Assembly (NCBI GenBank): GCA_009780415.1
Contig: WRAC01000002.1
Location: 8,895 to 72,894 of the forward strand
Source: Defluviitaleaceae bacterium
GTDB lineage: Bacteria > Bacillota > Clostridia > Lachnospirales > WRAX01
Direction: 5' to 3'
Length of the DNA stretch: 64,000 nt
A model generated the notes under the pieces. That model was not told the DNA's origin and searched no databases. It saw only the letters and a list, made by a program, of their open reading frames with translations. A program made the translations under genes and the position numbers. Each line of letters starts with the position of its first letter. Within the stretch, counting starts at the first letter, position 1. Positions 7,536-18,077 of the stretch are shown here, in pieces.

Positions 7536-10142
7536 ATGGAAAAATCATACAATCCTCATGTTGTTGAGGACCGCATATACGCGGATTGGCTGGAAAAGGG
7601 TTATTTCCGCGCCATAACCGGTTCGGGCAGGGAACCGTACACCATCGCCATCCCGCCGCCGAATATCACATCTCAGCTTCATATGGGCCACGCGTTCGAT
7701 TGCTCGATTCTGGATATCCTTATCCGTTTCAAGCGCATGCAGGGCCGCGAAGCCCTTTGCATCCCCGGCACCGACCACGCCAGCATCGCCACCGAGGTTA
7801 TGATAATTAAAGCCATGGCGCAAGAGGGTTTAACCAAGGAAGATATAGGCCGTGAGGGGTTTTTGGAACGCGCCTGGAAATGGTATGATAAATACGGTTC
7901 TCGTATAGTTACCCAGCTAAAAAAAATGGGTTCCAGCTTCGATTGGGACAAATTACGCTTTACCATGGACGACGGGCTGAGCAAAGCCGTAACCGAGTTC
8001 TTTGTGCGCCTGCACGAAAAAGGATATATCTACCGCGGGGAAAAGCTTTGCAACTGGTGCTCATACTGCCAGACCACCATATCCGACGCGGAGGTTGACC
8101 ATACCGACCGTGAGGCCCACCTTTACTATTTACAATATCAAATAAAAGGTACGGATAAATTTATTCAATTTGCCACGACCCGCCCGGAAACCATCCTCGC
8201 CGATACCGCCGTCGCGGTGAACCCGTGTGATGAACGGTACGCTGGCCTTGTCGGCAAAACCTGTCTGGTTCCCTTCGCAAACCGCGAAATCAAAATCATC
8301 GCGGATGATTATGTCGACGCGAAATACGGCTCTGGCGCGGTCAAAATAACCCCCGGGCACGACCATAACGACTTTGCCGTAGGAGAGCGCCACAACCTTG
8401 AACGCATAAACATCCTGAATGACGACGGCACTTTAAACGAACAAACCGGCTGCTACGAAGGACTAACCGTAAAAGCCGCCAGGGAGCGCATATTAAAAGA
8501 CCTCGAGGCCCTCGGGCTTTATGTCAAAAGCGAGAAACTTAACCATTCCGTCGGCACCCATGACCGATGCAAGGACGTGGTTGAACCGCGCCTTAAAACA
8601 CAGTGGTTCGTCCGTATGGAGGAGCTTGCGAAGCCCGCCCTGGAAGCCTTTAAATCCGGCGAGCTGCGTATACAGCCCGAGCGTTTCGCGAAGATATACT
8701 TGCATTGGCTGACAAACATCCGGGATTGGTGCGTCTCACGCCAGTTGTGGTGGGGGCATCGCATACCGGCATGGTACTGCGCTTGCGGTGAAATAACCGT
8801 CGCAAGAACTGCGCCGGAAAATTGCCCCATGTGCGGTTCGGTTTCGCTGAATCAGGAAGAGGATATACTCGACACCTGGTTTTCGTCGGCGCTGTGGCCT
8901 TTCTCAACCTTGGGATGGCCCGACAAAACCCCGGATTTTGACTACTTTTACCCAACAACGGTAATGAGCATGGGATGGGAGATACTTTTCTTCTGGGGTG
9001 TGCGCATGGTGTTTTCGGGGATTGAGCTGACAGGCGCCCTACCCTTCAAAGACATGATAATCCACGGCATGGTCCTCGACCAAAATGGCGTAAAAATGTC
9101 CAAATCCCTGGGCAACGGCATCGACCCCCTTGAAATGATATCCAAATACGGAACCGACGCCCTGCGCCTGTCCCTGATCACGGGCAACACGCCCGGAGCG
9201 GACTTCCGTTTCCGTGAGGAAAAAATAACAAGCTGCCGAAATTTCTGCAACAAAATATGGAACGCGGCGCGGTTTATTCTTATGAATACGCCGGAAGATT
9301 TTGACGCAAAAGCCGCTTACGAGCTTACGGACGCGGATAAATGGCTTATCTCGCATTGCAACCGCCTGTCGCGTGATGTAACGAACCTTCTGGATTCCTA
9401 CGATTTGGGGCTTGCGGCGTCAAAGGTTTACGATTTTATATGGGACGAATTCTGCGACTGGGCCATCGAAATGGCTAAGCCGCGCCTGATTGCGGGAGAC
9501 AAGGCCGCGCTTTGGACGCTGCGCAGGGTGTTCTTCGACGCGCTCCGGCTTCTGCACCCTTTCATGCCTTTCGTTACGGAAGAGGTTTTCCAGAGCCTGC
9601 AATCGGACGAGGAAACCATCATGCGCTCCGCCTGGCCCGTTTACAACGATGAAAATAACCACACGGAAGAGGAACACGCGATTTCCGCCGTGAAAGAGGC
9701 GGTAAAAGCCGTGCGCTCCATCCGCGCCGAAAAGGACGTTCCGCCGTCGCGTAAGGTGCAGATTTTCATCGTCAGCGATTCACGGGAGCAGCGGGAGATA
9801 TTCACGCGCGGTTTGAGTTACCTCAAAACCCTTTCATCCGCTCAGGAAATTTTTATAGACGGTACGAAATGTAATGTGCCGGAAAATGCCCTGTCCGTCG
9901 TCATAACAAACGCCGTAATTTACATCCCGCTTTCCGACCTGATCGACGCGGAAAAGGAACTGGCCCGCTTGAACAAGGAAAAAGTACGCTTGGAATCCGA
10001 GGTTACTCGCTGCGAGTCAAGGCTTGCGAACAAAGGTTTCACTGACAAAGCCAAACCGGAGTTGGTGGCGGCCGAAGCGGCTAAATTAGACGAATATAAA
10101 AATATGTTAAGCAAAGTAACGGAAGAAATCTCCAAATTGTAG
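7536..10142 (+). CDS. valS: Valine--tRNA ligase
   Basis: Class I HIGH-type motif (PPNITSQLHMGHA), KMSKS (GVKMSKSLGNGIDP), and a C-terminal coiled coil. The probable start is MEKSYNPHVVE at 7536; the ORF track begins at 7500. Confidence 0.95.
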   Translation: MEKSYNPHVVEDRIYADWLEKGYFRAITGSGREPYTIAIPPPNITSQLHMGHAFDCSILDILIRFKRMQGREALCIPGTDHASIATEVMIIKAMAQEGLTKEDIGREGFLERAWKWYDKYGSRIVTQLKKMGSSFDWDKLRFTMDDGLSKAVTEFFVRLHEKGYIYRGEKLCNWCSYCQTTISDAEVDHTDREAHLYYLQYQIKGTDKFIQFATTRPETILADTAVAVNPCDERYAGLVGKTCLVPFANREIKIIADDYVDAKYGSGAVKITPGHDHNDFAVGERHNLERINILNDDGTLNEQTGCYEGLTVKAARERILKDLEALGLYVKSEKLNHSVGTHDRCKDVVEPRLKTQWFVRMEELAKPALEAFKSGELRIQPERFAKIYLHWLTNIRDWCVSRQLWWGHRIPAWYCACGEITVARTAPENCPMCGSVSLNQEEDILDTWFSSALWPFSTLGWPDKTPDFDYFYPTTVMSMGWEILFFWGVRMVFSGIELTGALPFKDMIIHGMVLDQNGVKMSKSLGNGIDPLEMISKYGTDALRLSLITGNTPGADFRFREEKITSCRNFCNKIWNAARFILMNTPEDFDAKAAYELTDADKWLISHCNRLSRDVTNLLDSYDLGLAASKVYDFIWDEFCDWAIEMAKPRLIAGDKAALWTLRRVFFDALRLLHPFMPFVTEEVFQSLQSDEETIMRSAWPVYNDENNHTEEEHAISAVKEAVKAVRSIRAEKDVPPSRKVQIFIVSDSREQREIFTRGLSYLKTLSSAQEIFIDGTKCNVPENALSVVITNAVIYIPLSDLIDAEKELARLNKEKVRLESEVTRCESRLANKGFTDKAKPELVAAEAAKLDEYKNMLSKVTEEISKL

Positions 10143-10143
10143 G

Positions 10144-10160
10144 GGCGAACCGCGTTCGCC
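10144..10160 (+). other. Short GC hairpin (ggcgaac-cgc-gttcgcc) directly after the valS stop
   Basis: 7-bp perfect stem. Related hairpins occur at 15506-15526 and, degenerate, at 20508-20524, each just after a stop codon. There is no T-tract. Confidence 0.3.
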
Positions 10161-10188
10161 AGCACCACCCCCAAAAGGAGTTTTATAA

Positions 10189-11571
10189 ATGACCTATATA
10201 GAAGCCGAACACGTTGTAATCAACAGTTATATCAAAGGCGCAAAAGGCGGGTTCGACGTGTGCGGGGACATTCTTGCCGCGCTGGGAGACCCCCACAAGA
10301 AGCTTAAGGTTATACATGTAACGGGCACCAACGGCAAAGGCTCCACCTGCGCTTTTTTACAAACGATTCTGACCGAAGCCGGATATAGGACGGGTATGTT
10401 TACCTCCCCTCACCTGTGCCGCTTTAATGAGCGGTTCAACATCAGCGGGGCTGATATTTCCAATGACGATTTCGCGCGCGTTACGGGCGACATCGTCAAT
10501 GTGTTCAGAAATCTGTACGGAGGCGAGCCCTTTACCGCGGCAAACAGGAGCGGCGTGAACATTTCATATTACGAGCTGCTGACTTTGATGGCGTTTAAGT
10601 ATTTCAACGACCAGAAAGTGGATATCGCCATTATCGAGGTCGGTATGGGCGGGCGCACCGACGCGACGAACATCCTGGACAACCCGCTTTTGTCCGTGAT
10701 GACAAAAGTCAGCCTGGATCATACCGACCGCCTCGGCTCAACCATCGTCACAATAGCGGCGGAAAAATGCGGTATAATAAAGAAAAACACGCCCGTCGCC
10801 CTCTTTTCACAAACAAAAGAGGTGTATAACGTAACCAAGGGCATCTGTTTTATCCGCAACGCTCCCATCTTTTACCCAATGGGTCTTACCGTGGAGATAT
10901 TAAGCGCCGATCTGGACGGCATAGTGTTTAATACTCGTTTCCCGTTCATGGGAGATGAAATCGTGGTTGAAAACGTTAAACTCGGCATGATCGGCGATTA
11001 TCAGGCATATAACGCCGCGAATGTTATAAACGTGGTTTACACGCTCAATGCGCTGGGCTTTAATATCAGCGAGGACGTTATGCGCCGCGGTCTTACGAAC
11101 ACCCGCTGGGCGGGGAGGCTTGAGATTATATCGCGGAATCCCATGGTTATCGTAGACGGCGCGCATAACCCGGAAGGCGCGGAAAGCGTTAAAAGGTTCA
11201 TGCAGAATTACTTAAAGGGCCGCAAAATCATTCTTGTCGCCGGCGTGCTGAACGATAAGGACTTCCGCGCGATAATGCGCCCGTTTTCCGAAGCCGCCGA
11301 CCAAATTATACTGACCCAGCCCAAATACAATGTGAAGGCATGCCCGCCCGAGTTCTTATTCGCCGCGCTGCCGGACCAGAGCAAGAGCGCCGGCGTTATC
11401 CACGATTACAGGGAAGCGGTTGATACCGCCAAGGAATTAGCCGGCGAAGACGGATGCGTCGTTGTTTCCGGTTCCCTGTACCTTGTCGGCGACATAAAAA
11501 TGTACTTGGAAAACCGTATAAACGACGATCTGGATGACGTCACACCCGAATTGCCGGAGGACGAAGATTGA
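10189..11571 (+). CDS. folC: Bifunctional folylpolyglutamate synthase / dihydrofolate synthase
   Basis: Mur-ligase P-loop HVTGTNGKGST, DGAHNPEGA, and valS-folC synteny as in other Firmicutes. Confidence 0.9.
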   Translation: MTYIEAEHVVINSYIKGAKGGFDVCGDILAALGDPHKKLKVIHVTGTNGKGSTCAFLQTILTEAGYRTGMFTSPHLCRFNERFNISGADISNDDFARVTGDIVNVFRNLYGGEPFTAANRSGVNISYYELLTLMAFKYFNDQKVDIAIIEVGMGGRTDATNILDNPLLSVMTKVSLDHTDRLGSTIVTIAAEKCGIIKKNTPVALFSQTKEVYNVTKGICFIRNAPIFYPMGLTVEILSADLDGIVFNTRFPFMGDEIVVENVKLGMIGDYQAYNAANVINVVYTLNALGFNISEDVMRRGLTNTRWAGRLEIISRNPMVIVDGAHNPEGAESVKRFMQNYLKGRKIILVAGVLNDKDFRAIMRPFSEAADQIILTQPKYNVKACPPEFLFAALPDQSKSAGVIHDYREAVDTAKELAGEDGCVVVSGSLYLVGDIKMYLENRINDDLDDVTPELPEDED

Positions 11572-11733
11572 TTGATTTTAAGAAGGAAATTCAAAAATAT
11601 AAACCGGCCCAGCAATTGGATGATTTGCATAACGGCATCGTAACCGGGGAGATTACGGATATTACCGATATATTGATTTATCTCCTGCGCGAGGATACCG
11701 GTAAAAGCAGCGAGAAGCCACGAGGGAATCGGA

Positions 11734-13068
11734 ATGAAACAGATTGACGAACAAGCGGTTTTAGGCCGCGTCATAAATATATCGGACGCGCTGTACAATA
11801 AAGGGCTGCGGTACGCGCAGACAGGCAAGTTATCACCCGCAATGGAAGCTTTGGAAAAATCACTGGAGTTTGATAAATACAACATTCCCGCGCGAAACCT
11901 CCTGGGTCTGTGTCTTTGCCAGACAGGCCGCCTGGGCGACGCGATGAGGCATTGGATTATTTCGGAATCCCAACGCGAGGAAAATAACCCCGCGAACGGA
12001 TATCTCGAAAATATTCGTACGGACCAGCGTTATATGGATAAAATCAACCACAGTCTGGGCATTTACAACTCCGCTCTCGAATTCCTGCGCGGCGGAAGCA
12101 ACGATATGGCTATCATGCGCATGAAGAAATGCGTTGAATTGAACCCGAATTTTACGGACGGGCTATGCCTTCTGGCACTGGCCTATATAATGGCCGGGCA
12201 CGCGAAAAAGGCCGAGCCGCATATACGCAAGGTTTTACAGATAGACCCGGCGAACCCACGGGCACTGGCTTATTATGCGGTTGTGACGGGCGGCGTTAAT
12301 CCCCCGCCGCGCGTAAGGGGTTCGGGCCGTCCAAGCCTCATGGATGTAAGCGGTTACGCCAAGCCGGATAACAAGCGCAACATTGCGCAGGATTTCCGGT
12401 TATCCGAGGTGCTGAGCGTTTTAATCAGCTGCGTGATCACGGCCGCTGTATTTATATTCCTGGTACTTCCGGACAGGGAGCAGGATTTACGCGCCGCCCT
12501 GGACGAACAGAACGCGTTCATAGCAACGCTCCACGCCGCCGCCGAAATAGCCGTAGAACGCAAAGCCGAGGAATACCGCGATGTTGACGAGCGTATCGCA
12601 CAGCTTGAGGCCCTTCGTGATGCCAACGCGGCGGAGCTTTCCATTTTACAGAGGGAAAAAACCCTCCGCGAAGCACAGGACTATTTCGACGGCGGAGATT
12701 GGGAGCTATCCTACAACACGCTCTCGCAAACCTCAACCGAGGGTTTTTCCGTTGAACTGACCCAGCAGCACGCGCAGCTCCTGCGCAATTCCGCGGCACA
12801 CCTTGAAGCGGGCTTTTACCGCGACGGCAAAGCTGCTTTCGACAGAAGGAATTACGAACAGGCCCATTCCCTGCTTCAGCAGGCGGAGTATTACTCACGG
12901 GGCGATTCCCCCACCGCCGATCTCATGTTCTACTATCTGGGCCGTGTCGCCCAGCATAATAACGATGCCGATACAGCCATATATTATTATGATATTGTCG
13001 TAACGAAATACCCCAGCTCCAGCCAGTACAGAGATGCCAATAACAGGCTCAGGCAGTTGGGGAACTAA
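11734..13068 (+). CDS. TPR-repeat membrane protein
   Basis: N-terminal and C-terminal TPR-like repeats (..AMEALEKSLEFDKYNIPARNLLG.., ..KCVELNPNFTDGLCLLALAY..) flank a TM helix (VLSVLISCVITAAVFIFLVL) and a coiled coil. Confidence 0.7.
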   Translation: MKQIDEQAVLGRVINISDALYNKGLRYAQTGKLSPAMEALEKSLEFDKYNIPARNLLGLCLCQTGRLGDAMRHWIISESQREENNPANGYLENIRTDQRYMDKINHSLGIYNSALEFLRGGSNDMAIMRMKKCVELNPNFTDGLCLLALAYIMAGHAKKAEPHIRKVLQIDPANPRALAYYAVVTGGVNPPPRVRGSGRPSLMDVSGYAKPDNKRNIAQDFRLSEVLSVLISCVITAAVFIFLVLPDREQDLRAALDEQNAFIATLHAAAEIAVERKAEEYRDVDERIAQLEALRDANAAELSILQREKTLREAQDYFDGGDWELSYNTLSQTSTEGFSVELTQQHAQLLRNSAAHLEAGFYRDGKAAFDRRNYEQAHSLLQQAEYYSRGDSPTADLMFYYLGRVAQHNNDADTAIYYYDIVVTKYPSSSQYRDANNRLRQLGN

Positions 13069-13081
13069 TAAAAAGGGGGTA

Positions 13082-13249
13082 ATGACATTGAACATGCATG
13101 TAAAAGCCGGGCTTCTTTCATTCGCTCTGATGATCGTTATAGGTTTCTTTGGCAATTCAAGCTTCGCGGATTTCCTTTCGGGATTATTTTGCGGTTTGGG
13201 ATTATGCCTTCTGCTGTTTGGAATAATAACCGGTAAAAAGAAATTGTAG
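13082..13249 (+). CDS. Small two-TM membrane protein (55 aa)
   Basis: ATG at 13082 follows AAAAAGGGGG. Two hydrophobic helices. The track ORF 13034-13249 starts upstream of this RBS. Confidence 0.45.
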   Translation: MTLNMHVKAGLLSFALMIVIGFFGNSSFADFLSGLFCGLGLCLLLFGIITGKKKL

Positions 13250-13264
13250 ACAAAGGTGGCATAT

Positions 13265-13705
13265 ATGGAAAACATAATTAACCACGGCAACGCCGAGATG
13301 ATTGAGCGGACGAAGCTTGCGTCGTTTTATTTATGGGAGTACACGGGGCACGAGAACACGTTAGCGCTGTGGTACTGCTCGGAAGATATCGCCAGCTTTT
13401 TTGAGCGCTGCCAGATGTACACGGAACAAAGTGTTCTGGACATTTTTCATCTAAACCGCAATACCCGTGAATACAGGGCATTTATCCGGCATATTGCCTA
13501 CCGCCTGCATCTGTATACGGGCATCGGGGACGACGGATTCAATTGGAATATCGCGGAACGGCTCCTGGACAACCGCGATTGGCGCGACGCCATAATTTTC
13601 CTTGCGTGCGGGTTTCATGAACTGCGCGAGGGGCATGCCCCAGAAAGCGGTTATCAGCTTCAATCCCCCGCGATAAAAGAATATTATTCACAGAACAGAC
13701 TTTAA
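13265..13705 (+). CDS. Hypothetical protein
   Basis: Intact ORF with RBS AAAGGTGG before the ATG at 13265. No motif recognised. Confidence 0.45.
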   Translation: MENIINHGNAEMIERTKLASFYLWEYTGHENTLALWYCSEDIASFFERCQMYTEQSVLDIFHLNRNTREYRAFIRHIAYRLHLYTGIGDDGFNWNIAERLLDNRDWRDAIIFLACGFHELREGHAPESGYQLQSPAIKEYYSQNRL

Positions 13706-13756
13706 TAAAACACAAGCGTATAATGTGTTAAAGAAAGATATTGAGGAGGAATAAAA

Positions 13757-14092
13757 ATGAAAAAATCATTGTTTGGATTGAGCGAGAACATGGCGGCGGC
13801 GTTTGCTTATGTGGGGGTTTTTGTTACGGGCATAATCGTGCTTGTAATGGAGAAGGAAAATAAAACCCTCCGCTTCCACGCCTTGCAATCAGTGGTACTG
13901 TTCGCCGGGTTATGCATTCTGACAACGGTAATGGGCTGGCTGCCGATAATCAATTTACTGGCCTGGATACCGAGGACACTAACCTTCGTCGCATGGTTAT
14001 TCTTAACATTCATGGCCTACAAAGGCGCTTTGATCAAAGTCCCGGTAATTGGGGACGCATGTTGGGCGCACATCCACAAGGATCAAGAATAA
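13757..14092 (+). CDS. DUF4870-family membrane protein
   Basis: LSENMAAAFAYVGVFVTGIIVLVMEKENKTLRFHALQS followed by two more TM helices, the typical DUF4870 layout. RBS GAGGAGG. Confidence 0.65.
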   Translation: MKKSLFGLSENMAAAFAYVGVFVTGIIVLVMEKENKTLRFHALQSVVLFAGLCILTTVMGWLPIINLLAWIPRTLTFVAWLFLTFMAYKGALIKVPVIGDACWAHIHKDQE

Positions 14093-14106
14093 AACAAATA
14101 TTATTT

Positions 14107-14177
14107 AACCACAAAAACCACAAAAAAACACAAAAAGCCTTTATTACTTTTTGTGTTTTTTTGTGGTTTCTGTGGTT
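14107..14177. terminator. Long bidirectional hairpin terminator between convergent genes
   Basis: aaccacaaaaaccacaaaaaaacacaaaaag / ctttttgtgtttttttgtggtttctgtggtt, a stem of about 30 bp, between 13757-14092 (+) and mtnN (-). Confidence 0.7.
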
Positions 14178-14187
14178 GAATATCTCT

Positions 14188-14886
14188 TTAAAAACTCAAA
14201 AGCATTCTCTCTACAATCGCGCCGCTTTGCTCAGCCGCCTTTATGACGAACTTGTTGAAATCTTCCGTAGCGCCGCCGTCTGCGGTGTCAGACATAGCGC
14301 GGATGATCACAAAGGGTATCTTGTTCAGATAACAGGCATGTCCGATTGCCGCGCCTTCCATTTCCACACAGCTTGCACTAAAAACATTGATTATGCGATC
14401 CTTATCTTCTTTACGCGAAACGAATAAATCACCGCTGGCAATTCTGCCTAAAATGGCTTTATGCCCGGACAAAACCACATCGCAGGCTTTTTCAGCCGCC
14501 GACACCAATTCCGAATCCGCTTCAAAAAAGCTTACGGGCATACGCGGAATTATACCCGCCTCATAGCCGAACATTGTTGCGTCGAAATCATGCTGAACCA
14601 CATCTTTGGAAATAACAACATCACATACGGAAAGCCGCGGGTCAAGGCCGCCGGCAACGCCCGTATTTATTATGCAATCCACACCGTACATGTCAGACAG
14701 CACCTGTACGCACACGGCAGCATTCACCTTCCCGATACCGCAGCGGACAACGACCGCGCTTACATCACGCAGCTTACCCATGTAAAATTCCGTACCGACA
14801 ATGCTTTTTGCCGATATCATTTCTAATTTAGGTTTTAAAACAGCTATCTCTTCATCCATTGCCCCAATAATGCCGATGGTTTTCAT
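14188..14886 (-). CDS. mtnN: 5'-methylthioadenosine/S-adenosylhomocysteine nucleosidase
   Basis: MKTIGIIGAMDEEI..., VGTEFYMGKL, GIGKVNAA, SASCVEMEGAAIGH: MtnN/Pfs signature regions. Confidence 0.9.
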   Translation of the reverse strand: MKTIGIIGAMDEEIAVLKPKLEMISAKSIVGTEFYMGKLRDVSAVVVRCGIGKVNAAVCVQVLSDMYGVDCIINTGVAGGLDPRLSVCDVVISKDVVQHDFDATMFGYEAGIIPRMPVSFFEADSELVSAAEKACDVVLSGHKAILGRIASGDLFVSRKEDKDRIINVFSASCVEMEGAAIGHACYLNKIPFVIIRAMSDTADGGATEDFNKFVIKAAEQSGAIVERMLLSF

Positions 14887-15093
14887 TTCGATACACCTTC
14901 CTGTTTTTAATTCTTTTTGGCCATCTAAAAAGAATTCAAATTAATGTTTAGCATTAATGAAACTTCCTTGGTTGTCTCATATAATATCATTAGATATATT
15001 ATACAGTGTTTATTTTTTATTTCAAGTAATACTATAGAAGTATGTAAGTGAAACAAGGGGGGATTTAATATAGAAACTCTTCTTTCCGGCGCT

Positions 15094-15489
15094 GTGCTGG
15101 ACAGTTATTTGGCTGATATAAAACATCTTTTCCGCGAATATGATTTCGGACGGCTGAAAAAGATGATATTTTTAAATGCCGAAAGTTTTTTCAGTTTTAT
15201 AGATATCGGGTATGAGCCTGGCGAAACAGGTCTTAGCTTCAAAGAGATCATCGAGGCTATAGAACCATTTATACCATTGGTGATATCGGACGACTGTCTG
15301 GAGGCTTACTTGCTTACCGCCCTGTCACGCGACAGCGAGGAGCTTGAACGCTTGCAAAACCAATTCATGCAAAACGCCAAAATCAAGTTTGTCAAAAATA
15401 TCTTCAATGCGCGCTCGGACGCGGATCTTGAGGAAATATTCGATATCTGCCGCACAATACGTGATTACAAGGAAAAAAGCGGCGGGTAA
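15094..15489 (+). CDS. Hypothetical protein
   Basis: 131-aa ORF from GTG. The start is uncertain, because a strong GGGGGG lies at about 15056 with no canonical start codon after it. Confidence 0.4.
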   Translation: MLDSYLADIKHLFREYDFGRLKKMIFLNAESFFSFIDIGYEPGETGLSFKEIIEAIEPFIPLVISDDCLEAYLLTALSRDSEELERLQNQFMQNAKIKFVKNIFNARSDADLEEIFDICRTIRDYKEKSGG

Positions 15490-15505
15490 TATTTACAGAT
15501 TTCCG

Positions 15506-15526
15506 CGGGCGAACTGTGTTCGCCCG
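15506..15526 (+). terminator. Short GC hairpin / weak terminator
   Basis: cgggcgaa-ctgtg-ttcgcccg followed by ttta. Same sequence family as 10144-10160. Confidence 0.4.
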
Positions 15527-15658
15527 TTTACATATGGAACATTTATGCGTTTTTTACGTTATTTTTAACATAAAACTAGACAAATCGCACCTTTATAAGT
15601 TATACTATAATGGGATAAATATGTAATCCCGTACTTTCATCGATTTGGAGGCAATTTA

Positions 15659-16930
15659 ATGTCGAATAACGGTAACAACGGGTATAGAGACAACGGCCCA
15701 AGGCCCAAGCCATATATTCCGCCCAAGGCCACGCGCCCGTTCAAAAAAAGCAGGAAAAAGCGCGGCCCGGCTTTTAGGTTCTTAGTCGTTACGCTGTCTG
15801 TTTTTGTCCCGCTTATTTTGCTTACAACCGCCGCCATTTGGGTCTATGGATATATGATGAGCGACAGCAACCTGGATGACGATCAACGGGAAAGCCGCCA
15901 GGAAGCTATGCGGGTTTTGGATCTTGATGACTTGATAACCGAAGAGAATTTTTGGCGGGACATAACAAGCAGCATACCGCAGCGTACGAACTTTGTCATA
16001 ATGGGTATAGACTGGGAGGGACAAACAAGCCGTTCAGACGTAATAATGGTCGGTTCCTTTGACACCGCGTCAAACGAACTGAGCCTTATTTCCATCCCGC
16101 GCGACACACATATAAGGCTTTCCGATAGCACGCGTGAAACCATACCGGGCCTGAACACACGGCATCTTCCCGGACATAGCGTCAGAAACGGCGCGCCGAA
16201 CATACAAAGAGAAATGAAAATAAACGCAATCTGGCATTTCTTCGGCCCGGTTTACGGCCCGGCCTATGTCGTCAATCAAATACAGGAATTACTTGATATA
16301 ACCATACATTACTGGGTTTCCGTTGAGCTGGACGGCTTCATTAAGATTATAGACGCGGTGGGCGGCGTGGAGTATAACGTACCCCAGCGCATGTATTACG
16401 TGTTCCCAAAAGATGAATTCGGCATCGAGTTCAGCATCAATCTGCACCCCGGCTTACAGATGTTAAACGGCAAGCAAGCGTTGGATATGGTGCGTTACCG
16501 CGCTTCCAGCGACGAAAGCATTGCAAGGGGCTACCCGGCCGCTGATCTGCGCCGCGTCCAGGTTCAGCAGAACTTCATGCGCGAGGTAATACCACAGGTG
16601 CTTAACCGGGATAACATAGTGCGCAATATATTCTCCTATATTGAGATTATCCACGAGCATGTCGAGACAAACCTCGAAATCACAGACGCGCTGAAGTATG
16701 TCAACTACGCCAGGCGCCTGACGCCGGAAAATATCAAAACCTACACAATGCCGCATATGCCCAACCCCGGCTCTTACGTTTACATTGACGCGCTGAAGAC
16801 CTACGATCTGGTTCAGGAAATTTTTTACGGCAACAATAATATACCGGGCGAACCCGAACCCGAAACTGACGCGGATGCCGAAGACGTTGTAAATGCCGAA
16901 GAATCCGACGTAACCTTGGACAATGATTAA
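15659..16930 (+). CDS. LytR-CpsA-Psr (LCP) family cell-wall glycopolymer transferase
   Basis: Basic N-terminus plus a TM helix, then FVIMGIDWEG..SDVIMVGSFD..LSLISIPRDT and ..LNGKQALDMVRYR, typical of the LCP domain. Confidence 0.85.
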   Translation: MSNNGNNGYRDNGPRPKPYIPPKATRPFKKSRKKRGPAFRFLVVTLSVFVPLILLTTAAIWVYGYMMSDSNLDDDQRESRQEAMRVLDLDDLITEENFWRDITSSIPQRTNFVIMGIDWEGQTSRSDVIMVGSFDTASNELSLISIPRDTHIRLSDSTRETIPGLNTRHLPGHSVRNGAPNIQREMKINAIWHFFGPVYGPAYVVNQIQELLDITIHYWVSVELDGFIKIIDAVGGVEYNVPQRMYYVFPKDEFGIEFSINLHPGLQMLNGKQALDMVRYRASSDESIARGYPAADLRRVQVQQNFMREVIPQVLNRDNIVRNIFSYIEIIHEHVETNLEITDALKYVNYARRLTPENIKTYTMPHMPNPGSYVYIDALKTYDLVQEIFYGNNNIPGEPEPETDADAEDVVNAEESDVTLDND

Positions 16931-17008
16931 CCGTTAACGGCATATTACCCGGGACATAAAAATATACTAGAAAATGTAAGCCTAGTATCTGTTCCGGGAT
17001 GGTGTCGT

Positions 17009-18028
17009 ATGGAGAGTTTTAAGGGCAATTACCCAAAAATTTTAAAGGAATTTGGCTTGACCGGAACGGAGTTGCGCCGGGATAAGACGGGGCATATCTT
17101 CAGCACAGCCCGCGGCCCCGTTTTAATACAAAAACCCAGAGGAAGCAAGGAGCAGCTCCTGTTTGCGCATTATGTGAAGGAATCCCTGCACAAGGCCGGT
17201 TTTGCGGAAACGGACAGGTTTATCGTCACCGACGCAGGCAGCCCGTTTTGCGAGATCGGCGAGGATGTTTACACCGCCGTACTTGCCCTCGGCTCGGATT
17301 TAAAGGAAACCCGCTTTGATGACGCGATTTCCGTCGCCGCCGCCGCGCGTACCGTCGCGCGGATGCATAATCTGGCGGCTAAACACGGATTCTTTTGCAA
17401 TTTTCCGTCAAAAACGCCGCGCCGTAAAGAGTACACGGCCTTTACCACAACCGGCGGCTTTGAGAATCATCTAAAGACCATGCAAGGCTATAAAAAAATG
17501 CTGAAAAAGAGAAACAGACTGTCGGATTTCGACGTGCTTTTCTTAAAACACTTCGACGGGTACGAACGCCTTGTAACAAGCGGCAGTGAACTGGTAACGC
17601 AGGCCGGAGCGGGACAATCGCTGCAAAAAGTGATCTTCTCGCATAACATGCTTAAGGAAGAAACCCTGACGGTACTGGCGGGTAAAACATACATAACCGG
17701 TTTCGACGAATGCTCGGGGGATCATTATCTCTTTGACCTGGCTTCTTTAATCAAACGGTATGTACGCACCGCCGCCGAACCGACGCAATCGGGCCTTGCC
17801 GCAATTTTACAGGCTTACTGCTCCCAAAACCCGCTGGATACGCACGGCATTAAGGTTCTGTACGCCATTCTCCTCTTCCCGGATAAATTTTACAAGACAT
17901 GCGTAAAATATTACTCTAAAAAGAGATCGTGGACGCCCGCTTCGTTTAATATATCCGCCGAGGGGCTTAACGGGCAAAATGACGCCGGTTTCCGTTTAAT
18001 CAACGATTTCTTTAATGTACATGTTTAA
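17009..18028 (+). CDS. CotS-family (spore-coat kinase-like / phosphotransferase fold) protein
   Basis: The size and the motif pattern ..YITGFDECSGDHYLFDLASLIKRY.. resemble the CotS/YutH family. The catalytic-loop region is degenerate. Confidence 0.5.
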   Translation: MESFKGNYPKILKEFGLTGTELRRDKTGHIFSTARGPVLIQKPRGSKEQLLFAHYVKESLHKAGFAETDRFIVTDAGSPFCEIGEDVYTAVLALGSDLKETRFDDAISVAAAARTVARMHNLAAKHGFFCNFPSKTPRRKEYTAFTTTGGFENHLKTMQGYKKMLKKRNRLSDFDVLFLKHFDGYERLVTSGSELVTQAGAGQSLQKVIFSHNMLKEETLTVLAGKTYITGFDECSGDHYLFDLASLIKRYVRTAAEPTQSGLAAILQAYCSQNPLDTHGIKVLYAILLFPDKFYKTCVKYYSKKRSWTPASFNISAEGLNGQNDAGFRLINDFFNVHV

Positions 18029-18077
18029 TATATACCTTGATGTTTTCGTACGATGGATAAAACAATGGAGTGGTAAT

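Noticed and set aside
11568-11747. 59-codon TTG-initiated ORF overlapping the folC stop (LIDFKKEIQKYKPAQQLDDLHNG..)
   Set aside because: It has no RBS and a non-ATG start, is below the size threshold, and has no recognisable motif. It may be real, but the sequence alone cannot support it.
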